From: a bacterium
Lineage (GTDB): Bacteria > Desulfobacterota > DSWW01
NCBI GenBank assembly: GCA_040756235.1
Contig: JBFLZG010000099.1
Coordinates: forward strand, 1-13,806
Direction of reading: 5' to 3'
Length of the DNA stretch: 13,806 nt
In this document: piece by piece, positions 7,715 to 13,806 of the stretch
How positions within the stretch are numbered: the stretch's first letter is position 1
How the letters are laid out: every line of letters starts with the position of its first letter
Translations under genes and position numbers: made by a program
Notes under the pieces: model-generated
What the model was told of the DNA's origin: nothing
Seen by the model: only the letters and a program-made list of their open reading frames with translations
The model's database searches: none

Positions 7715-7804
7715 CGTCATCCCGCTGTAGGGCTATTGTAGGGGCGACGCATGCGTCGCCCTTCTTGCGGGATCCCGAGGTGCAGCGGATTCCCGCTTGC
7801 GCGG
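7715..7804 (+). repeat. CGTC/dRS3-like element interrupted by GTAG REPs and truncated at its 3' end
   Basis: CGTCATCCCGC (7715-7725) ... GCGGGATC (7767-7774) ... GGATTCCCGCTTGCGCGG (7787-7804). Confidence 0.7.
7738..7762 (+). repeat. GTAG-tagged REP
   Basis: GTAG followed by the perfect 20-bp palindrome GGGCGACGCATGCGTCGCCC (7742-7761). Confidence 0.85.
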
Positions 7805-7818
7805 CTGTGTCATATTTC

Positions 7819-7924
7819 CGTCATCCCGGCCCAACTGCGGAGCGCGTGGGAGCCGGGATCCAGGAGTCTGCGTCAAGACTGCACGGGGAGCAGGGACTGG
7901 ATTCCGGCCTGCGCCGGAATGACG
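7819..7924 (+). repeat. CGTC-tagged composite palindromic element, copy 2
   Basis: Same arms as 2953-3066 with a different central spacer. Confidence 0.85.
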
Positions 7925-7982
7925 GAGAAGACAGGCGCCTCGCCTGTGGTGACACGATCAGTTACAGGAGCAGGATGCAAGG

Positions 7983-8456
7983 ATGCTGCCGGCGGAAATC
8001 GGACAGTCCTGGAAGCAACGGATCGCAGAGACCGCGCATCCCCGAGAGCTGGTCGTCGACCTCCTGTTCGCGCTTCAGGACCATTACGGCTACCTGAGCG
8101 ACGAGGCCCTGGAGGAGGCGGCGGGCCTGCTCGCTCTCACGCCGCTCGAGGTGGAGGAGCTCGCGACCTTTTACCCCTTCCTCTACCGGGAGCCGGTCGG
8201 CAGGTATGTGATCCACCTGTGCGACAGCTTGATCTGCTGGATGGGCGGCAGCGAGGCGCTCGCCGACCACCTCTTCCGGAGGCTCGGCATTCGGGCCGGC
8301 GAGACCACGCCGGACGGGCTGTTCACGCTCCTGCCGGTCTGCTGCATCGGCTACTGCGACAGGGCGCCCGCCATGCTGATCAACCGGAAAGTATACGGGG
8401 AGCTGACGCCCGAGAAGGTCGACGGGATCCTGGAGAGTCTGAAGCAGAAGGCGTGA
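7983..8456 (+). CDS. nuoE: NADH-quinone oxidoreductase subunit E
   Basis: 157 aa. LQDHYGYL, EVEELATFY and the N1a [2Fe-2S] ligands CDSLIC...CIGYC..AP. Confidence 0.95.
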   Translation: MLPAEIGQSWKQRIAETAHPRELVVDLLFALQDHYGYLSDEALEEAAGLLALTPLEVEELATFYPFLYREPVGRYVIHLCDSLICWMGGSEALADHLFRRLGIRAGETTPDGLFTLLPVCCIGYCDRAPAMLINRKVYGELTPEKVDGILESLKQKA

Positions 8457-8472
8457 GGAGTCGGAAGCAGGC

Positions 8473-9744
8473 ATGACACCCATGTACCCGCAGGTGCTCC
8501 TTGGCAACCGCAAGCCGGACCGGATCGCCACGCTCGCCGAGTACCAGGCGAGCGGCGGCTACAAGGGGCTGGCCCGGGCCCTCGAGATGCACTTCAAAGA
8601 GATCCAGCAGCAGATCCTCGATGCCCGGCTCCTGGGCCGCGGCGGCGCGGGTTTCCCGGCCGGAAAGAAGCTCATGGCGGTGGCCGACGACGCACCCTAT
8701 CCGCGCTACATCGTCTGCAACGCGGACGAGATGGAGCCCGGCACCTTCAAGGATCGGGTCCTGATCCACGCCGACCCGCACCAGCTCCTGGAAGGAATGA
8801 TCATCGCAGGGCTGGCCGACCGGGCCGGGCAGGGGTTCATCTTCATCCGGCCCGAATACGAGAGCGCGGCCCGGATCCTCGAGAGGGAGATCGAGAACGC
8901 CCGCAGGGCGGGTTATCTGGGGCGCGACATCCTGGGCAGCGGTTACGCCCTGGAGATCACCGTGCACCGGTCGGCCGGGCGCTACATCTGCGGCGAGGTG
9001 ACCGCGCTCCTGAACGCTCTGATGGGCAGGAGGCCCAACCCGAGGCAGGCTCCGCCCTATCCCACGGAGAAGGGCCTTTGGGACCTGCCGACCGTTCTCT
9101 ACAACGTGGAAACCCTGGCGTGCCTTCCGCACATCCTGCGCAACGGGGTCGAGTGGTTCCGGCGCCTGGCCCTGACGGAAAGCGGGACCGGGACCAAGGT
9201 CTTCTGCGTGAGCGGGAAGGTGAACCGGCCCGGCTGCTACGAGCTGCCCATGGGAGTCCGCCTGAGCGAGATCATCGAAGAGCACGCGGGCGGCATGATG
9301 GCGGGACGCGAGTTCAAGGCCTGCCTCCCCGGGGGGGCCTCCACGAAATACCTCCCGCGCAAGCTCTACGATATCGAGATGGACTTCGAGCCTCTGCGCA
9401 AGGAGGGCCACCGGCTCGGCACCGGGGCGATCATGGTTTTCGACGACGCGACCTGCCTGGTGGCCGCCACGCTGAACCTGACCGAGTTCTTTGCCCGGGA
9501 GTCCTGCGGCTGGTGCACGCCGTGCCGGGAGGGATTCCCGTATCTGAGGGAGCTGCTGCGGCTGATCGAGTCCGGGGGAGGCCGGGAAGAGCTCCTCCCG
9601 ATGATGAGCCGCATGTGCGGCCACATGTGGAGCTCCTACTGCGCCTTTGCCCCGGGCGGCGTTGCGCCGATCCAGGGCCTGCTCGAGTGCTTCGAGGACG
9701 AGGTGCGCGAGCACATCAGGCAGAAGCGGTGCCCGTTCAGATAG
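8473..9744 (+). CDS. nuoF: NADH-quinone oxidoreductase subunit F (FMN and nucleotide binding)
   Basis: 423 aa with GAGGAG RBS. GRGGAGFP, CNADEMEPGTFKDR, YICGE, NVET, PGG, and the N3 ligands ESCGWCTPCREG...CAF. Confidence 0.95.
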   Translation: MTPMYPQVLLGNRKPDRIATLAEYQASGGYKGLARALEMHFKEIQQQILDARLLGRGGAGFPAGKKLMAVADDAPYPRYIVCNADEMEPGTFKDRVLIHADPHQLLEGMIIAGLADRAGQGFIFIRPEYESAARILEREIENARRAGYLGRDILGSGYALEITVHRSAGRYICGEVTALLNALMGRRPNPRQAPPYPTEKGLWDLPTVLYNVETLACLPHILRNGVEWFRRLALTESGTGTKVFCVSGKVNRPGCYELPMGVRLSEIIEEHAGGMMAGREFKACLPGGASTKYLPRKLYDIEMDFEPLRKEGHRLGTGAIMVFDDATCLVAATLNLTEFFARESCGWCTPCREGFPYLRELLRLIESGGGREELLPMMSRMCGHMWSSYCAFAPGGVAPIQGLLECFEDEVREHIRQKRCPFR

Positions 9745-9777
9745 ACGGGTCAAAGGGGGAAGGAAGAGCTCGAGCTG

Positions 9778-9814
9778 AATTCCCCCCTTTTGTAAAGGGG
9801 GGTCAGGGGGGATT
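9778..9814 (-). repeat. Poly-C/poly-G hairpin repeat in the nuoF-nuoG spacer
   Basis: 9-bp stem CCCCCCTTT-TGT-AAAGGGGGG (9782-9802). The minus strand reads ATCCCCCCTGACCCCCCTTTACAAAAGGGGGG, similar to 1441-1472. Confidence 0.75.
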
Positions 9815-9851
9815 TTGAAGAGGACGGATGGAATTGAATAGGATTTAGCGC

Positions 9852-12401
9852 ATGCCAACGCTGGTGATCGACGGCCGGGAGACCGAGGTGGCCGAGGGCA
9901 CCAAGGTCATCGAGGCGGCCGAGCAGCTCGGGATCATGATCCCGCGCTTCTGCTACCACCCGGCCCTGGGGCCGGTCGGCGCTTGCCGGGTGTGCGCGGT
10001 CAAGTTCCTCCAGGGGCCTTTCAAGGGCGTGCAGATGAGCTGCATGATCGACGCGCGGGACGGGATGGTGGTCTCCACGACCGACGAGGAGGCGGTGGAC
10101 TTCCGCAGGCACGTGATCGAATGGCTCATGCTCCATCACCCGCACGACTGCCCGGTGTGCGACGAGGGGGGGCACTGCCTGCTCCAGGACATGACGATCG
10201 CGGGCGGGCACGGAATCCGGCGCTACCCGGGGAAGAAGCGGACCTACCGGGACCAGCACCTGGGTCCGCTCGTCCAGCACGAGATGAACCGCTGCATCCA
10301 GTGCTACCGCTGCTCGAGGTACTACCAGGAGCTCGCCGGCTACCGCGATCTCGGGGTCATGCAGATCGGCTACCGCGTCTACTTCGGCAGACAGCGGGAC
10401 GGGAACCTGGAAAGCCCTTACGCGGGGAACCTGATCGACCTGTGTCCGACGGGCGTCTACACGGACAAGCCGTCGCGCTTCGTCGGCCGCCGCTGGGACT
10501 ACCAGCGCAGCCGCTCGCTCTGCATCCACTGCTCCCTCGGGTGCCACCTGGTCGCGAGCGTCCGCAACCGCACGGTCGTCCGTACCGAGGCGGCCTTCAG
10601 CGATGTCGTCAACGGGCATTTCATCTGCGATAGGGGCCGCTATGGCTACTTCTATGCGAGCGCCCCCGGGCGCCCCCGCACGCCGGGCCTGCACGGGATG
10701 GAAACCGACTATCCACTGGGCTTGCGCGCCGTGACCGACCGGCTGCGCGCGGTCGTGGCCGAGGCGGGCCCCGGGGCGGTGGCCTGTGTCGGCTCTCTGC
10801 GGAGCAGCCTGGAGACCCAAGCCATGCTGGTCCGCCTGTGCGAGGAAAACGGCTGGAAGAGCCCCTGCTTCTTCGCGGACCGTTCCCAGGCCGCAAGAGC
10901 CGATGCGGTCGTTTCCCGGCTCGAACCGGGCCTTGCCCTTTCCATGCGGGAGATCGAGGGGGCGGACTGCATCGTGGCGATCGGGACGGACCCGGTCAAC
11001 GAAGCGCCCATGCTGGCCATGGCCATGCGGCAGGCCGAGCGGAGGGGCGCGAACGTGACCGTCATCGATCCCCGTCCCCTTTTCCTCCCTCTCGGGTTCC
11101 GGCACATCGTGCTAGAGCCCGGCGCCGCCGGCAGGGCGCTGGCGTGGATGGTGGGCCGGAGCGTGGAGCGCCGCGACGCCGAAACCGTGGGGGCGGAGGC
11201 GCTGCGGTTCCGTGAGGCGATACCTGACAGCGGCCCTCTTCCTGCTTCGACTGCCCGGGACCTGGACGAGGCCGCTGAGAGCCTGCGGGCCAGCCGGCGG
11301 CCGGCCATTGTCTGCGGCACGGAAGTGTCGTGCGACTGGACCCCGGCCCTGGCAGCGGACTGCGTGCTCCTGCTCAGGGCGGCGGGGAAGCAGGCGGGGC
11401 TGTTTTATGCGCTGCCGGGTGCCAATGCCTTCGGCGCCGCGATGCTCGCCGGGGCGAGCGCCGGGGCCGCCGTCGTGAGAACTTTCGAGCGGACCCTGGG
11501 CGAGATCGAGAACGGCGCGGCCAGGGCCCTGATCGCGGTCGAAGCAGACCCGCTGGGGCGCTGGCCCGATCCGGAGCGAGTCTCGCGAGCCCTCGCCCGG
11601 CTCGACCTGCTCGTGCTCCTGGACCATGTCGACTCCGTCTCCGCAAGAGCGGCGCATGTCTTTCTCCCCACTGCCACGCTCTTCGAAGCCGGAGGCATTT
11701 TCGTCAATCAGGAAGGGCGCGCCCAGAAGGCCGGGACCGGCTTCCGCGGCGGGACCCCGGTCGAGCAGACGAGCGCGGGGAGCCACCCGCCGAGAGTTTT
11801 CCGGAAGGAGATCCCGGGCCGAACCGTTCCGGCCTGGAGGATTCTCGAGGACGTTTCCCGAAGTCTGTCCAGGCAACCCATAACCGGGGAAACAGCAACA
11901 ACGGAACCGCTGCTCGCCTGGCTGGCGGAAAAGCGGGAGGTCTTCCGAGCCCTTCTCGCCCCGGCCTGCGGCGAGTTTCCGCAGCAGGGGGTGCGGCTCC
12001 TCGGGCCTTCGCAGGACGCGTCCCGCTTTTCCACCGAGGGACTGTCCGAGACCGGACCCGGAGGGAGGGGCAACGCCGGGGACCTGGAGCTGTTCCTGGT
12101 GGACTGGACCTTCGGAACCGAAGAGCTTTCGATCCGATCCCCGGACCTGAGCCAGGTAGAGACGGCCCCCTGTTTGTTCATGCACGCGGAGGACGCGGCC
12201 GCCGCGGGTCTCGCCGATGGCGATGTGGCTCGGATCGGAGCCGGGGGCAGCGGCGACGCGGCCTCGGTCCGGGTGAGCGTGTGCGTCCGGGAGAACATGG
12301 CCAGAGGGGTCCTTTTCCTGCCGCGGCATCGGACGCTGGAGTGGCAGAAGCTCGGAGGCCCTCCCGTGCGGCTCAGGCGGGAGCAGATTACGAAGATCTG
12401 A
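9852..12401 (+). CDS. nuoG: NADH-quinone oxidoreductase subunit G
   Basis: 849 aa. N1b (FCYH..GACRVC..SC), N5 (HPHDCPVC..GGHC), N4 (RCIQCYRC..LCPTG) and N7 (CIHCSLGC..ICDRG) motifs, followed by a molybdopterin-oxidoreductase-like C-terminal region. Confidence 0.95.
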   Translation: MPTLVIDGRETEVAEGTKVIEAAEQLGIMIPRFCYHPALGPVGACRVCAVKFLQGPFKGVQMSCMIDARDGMVVSTTDEEAVDFRRHVIEWLMLHHPHDCPVCDEGGHCLLQDMTIAGGHGIRRYPGKKRTYRDQHLGPLVQHEMNRCIQCYRCSRYYQELAGYRDLGVMQIGYRVYFGRQRDGNLESPYAGNLIDLCPTGVYTDKPSRFVGRRWDYQRSRSLCIHCSLGCHLVASVRNRTVVRTEAAFSDVVNGHFICDRGRYGYFYASAPGRPRTPGLHGMETDYPLGLRAVTDRLRAVVAEAGPGAVACVGSLRSSLETQAMLVRLCEENGWKSPCFFADRSQAARADAVVSRLEPGLALSMREIEGADCIVAIGTDPVNEAPMLAMAMRQAERRGANVTVIDPRPLFLPLGFRHIVLEPGAAGRALAWMVGRSVERRDAETVGAEALRFREAIPDSGPLPASTARDLDEAAESLRASRRPAIVCGTEVSCDWTPALAADCVLLLRAAGKQAGLFYALPGANAFGAAMLAGASAGAAVVRTFERTLGEIENGAARALIAVEADPLGRWPDPERVSRALARLDLLVLLDHVDSVSARAAHVFLPTATLFEAGGIFVNQEGRAQKAGTGFRGGTPVEQTSAGSHPPRVFRKEIPGRTVPAWRILEDVSRSLSRQPITGETATTEPLLAWLAEKREVFRALLAPACGEFPQQGVRLLGPSQDASRFSTEGLSETGPGGRGNAGDLELFLVDWTFGTEELSIRSPDLSQVETAPCLFMHAEDAAAAGLADGDVARIGAGGSGDAASVRVSVCVRENMARGVLFLPRHRTLEWQKLGGPPVRLRREQITKI

Positions 12402-12421
12402 CGCTGTTGCAGATGAGAATC

Positions 12422-12455
12422 AGGGACTGGATTCGGGGGCTTGCGCCGGATGACG
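12422..12455 (+). repeat. Degenerate right arm of the CGTC-tagged element
   Basis: AGGGACTGGATTCGGGGGCTTGCGCCGGATGACG compared with AGGGACTGGATTCCGGCCTGCGCCGGAATGACG at 3034 and 7892. Confidence 0.7.
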
Positions 12456-12499
12456 CAACCCATGAGATGGATGTCGCGAGCGAGCGGTGTGAGCAGCCG

Positions 12500-12530
12500 G
12501 TAGGGTGGACAAAGCGAAGCGTGTCCACCA
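12500..12530 (+). repeat. GTAG-tagged REP of a second sequence type
   Basis: GTAG, then stem GGTGGACA (12504-12511), loop AAGCGAAGCG, stem TGTCCACC (12522-12529). Confidence 0.75.
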
Positions 12531-12544
12531 GAAAACGGCTCCAA

Positions 12545-12612
12545 ATCGCGAGCGCGGCGATCCCCCGGGTAACCAGGAGATTGCCACGGACCTGTTGGTC
12601 CTCGCAATCTCC
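12545..12612 (+). repeat. Palindromic element of GAGATTGC...CTCGCAAT type
   Basis: GGAGATTGC (12576-12584) / GCAATCTCC (12604-12612) with inner GGACC/GGTCC. ATCGCGAG (12545-12552) is 7/8 complementary to CTCGCAAT (12601-12608). Confidence 0.6.
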
Positions 12613-12690
12613 GATACTTGTTTCCGTTGGCCACGCCGCTGTTGGGCAGGAGAGCCGGAGCGCTGGTTGTGAGGTACAGACTGACCGGAC

Positions 12691-13707
12691 ATGATTGACC
12701 TTTCGAACTTCGACACGACCTGGATCCTCGGGCTCGCGGTGCTGATCGCGAAGCTCGGGATCGTGCTCGTGGGCCTGCTCTTCCTGGCCGCGTACCTGGT
12801 GCTGGCGGAGCGCAAGCTCCTGGCGAGGCTCCAGGTCCGTTTCGGGCCGAACCGCGCCGGGCCGTTCGGACTCCTCCAGCCCGTGGCGGACGGGATCAAG
12901 CTCCTGCTCAAAGAAGACGTGGTTCCCAGATCGGCGGACCGGTTCATCTTCTACTTTGCACCGGCGGTGGTGGGGATGACGGCCTTCCTCATCTTCGCGG
13001 TCGTCCCGTTCGGCCGCAGCGTCAGCCTCTTCGGGCGGGAGGTCCCGCTCGTGGTGAGCGACATCAACGTGGGGCTGCTCTACGTCTTCGCCCTTTCCTC
13101 GCTCGCGACCTACGGGGTCGCCCTCGGCGGGTGGTCGTCCAACTCCAAGTACAGCCTGCTGGGCGGCATCCGCGGCGCGGCGCAGATGATCAGCTACGAG
13201 CTGTCTCTGGGGCTTTCCCTGGTGCCCATCGTCATGATCACCGGATCCCTGAGCCTGGTGGAGATCGTGAACGCCCAGGCCGCCTATCCCTTCATCCTCG
13301 TTCAGCCGGTCTCGTTCCTCATCTTCTTCCTCAGCATCGCGGCCGAGATCAAGCGCATCCCGTTCGACCTCCCGGAGGCCGAGAACGAGCTGGGCGCGGG
13401 CTACCACACCGAATACAGCGGCATGCGCTTCGGCCTGTTCTACCTGGGCGAATACGTGAACCTGCAGGTGCTGGGCGCCCTGGTGGCGGTCTTCTTCCTG
13501 GGGGGGTGGCGGGGACCCGTGCTGCCGGCGCCGCTCTGGCTCCTGATCAAGGTCATCGGGGTTGCCCTGGTCATGATCTGGATCCGCGGGACCCTGCCCA
13601 GGCTGCGCTACGATCAGCTCATGAACCTGGGCTGGAAGGTCCTGGTGCCGGCGGCGCTGCTGAACATCCTGGCGACAGGGGCGGTCCTGCTGGCGGTGAG
13701 AGCATGA
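12691..13707 (+). CDS. nuoH: NADH-quinone oxidoreductase subunit H
   Basis: 338 aa, multi-TM. ERK..ARLQ.R.GPNR.GPFGLLQP.ADG.KL..KED, SNSKYSLLG..R..AQMISYE, PFDLPEAE.EL..GY.TEYSG and R.TLPR.RYDQLM..GWK. GAGG RBS. Confidence 0.97.
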   Translation: MIDLSNFDTTWILGLAVLIAKLGIVLVGLLFLAAYLVLAERKLLARLQVRFGPNRAGPFGLLQPVADGIKLLLKEDVVPRSADRFIFYFAPAVVGMTAFLIFAVVPFGRSVSLFGREVPLVVSDINVGLLYVFALSSLATYGVALGGWSSNSKYSLLGGIRGAAQMISYELSLGLSLVPIVMITGSLSLVEIVNAQAAYPFILVQPVSFLIFFLSIAAEIKRIPFDLPEAENELGAGYHTEYSGMRFGLFYLGEYVNLQVLGALVAVFFLGGWRGPVLPAPLWLLIKVIGVALVMIWIRGTLPRLRYDQLMNLGWKVLVPAALLNILATGAVLLAVRA

Positions 13708-13726
13708 GGGGGGCAGACAGAAACTT

Positions 13727-13806
13727 CCCTCTCCCCCGTGCACGGGGGAGAGGGTCAGGGTGAGGGGGACACAGGAGCAGACGCACCCCTCATCCTGACC
13801 TTCTCC
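13727..13806. repeat. CCCTCTCCC/GGGAGAGGG palindromic repeat pair (runs off the window end)
   Basis: Perfect 28-bp palindrome CCCTCTCCCCCGTGCACGGGGGAGAGGG (13727-13754). 13747-13767 is 19/21 complementary to 13786-13806, so an inverted second copy begins there. Confidence 0.8.

Noticed and set aside
7751..7982. N-terminal part of the 241-aa ORF 7751-8476 and similar repeat-derived peptides (VIPA..WIPACAGMT)
   Set aside because: These are translations of the palindromic repeats and are out of frame with nuoE.
10521..10640. Extra CxxCxxxC..C motif in NuoG as a novelty
   Set aside because: This is the known N7 cluster motif found in E. coli and Thermus NuoG/Nqo3.
1..13806. Autonomous mobile element, prophage or defence system
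   Set aside because: No transposase, integrase, phage or defence ORF is recognisable. Any mobiliser for the repeats must lie outside the window.

Overview
GC-rich bacterial window. The left ~4.6 kb holds four stand-alone genes: an RlmD/TrmA-family m5U RNA methyltransferase (102-1409,+), an uncharacterised secreted protein (1594-2082,-), a YciF/DUF892 ferritin-like protein (2406-2894,+) and a solitary purF (3119-4558,-). The right ~9 kb is the 5' part of a complex I operon: nuoA, a fused nuoBCD, nuoE, nuoF, nuoG and nuoH. The fusion and gene order resemble deltaproteobacterial (Desulfobacterota-type) operons; this is inference, not a taxonomic assignment. Three things stand out. (1) NuoF has Val at the NADH/NADPH-discriminating Glu (YICGEV instead of YICGEE) plus other pocket changes, so it may not be a standard NADH dehydrogenase. 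(2) RlmD and PurF have both lost Fe-S cysteine ligands, and the YciF between them has lost typical metal ligands. (3) Most intergenic gaps, including four nuo junctions, contain small palindromic repeats from several families (GTAG-tagged REPs, CGTC-tagged/dRS3-like elements, poly-C/poly-G hairpins), with one nested composite. No transposase, CRISPR array, tRNA or rRNA is visible. All calls come from motif recognition only; no searches were run.
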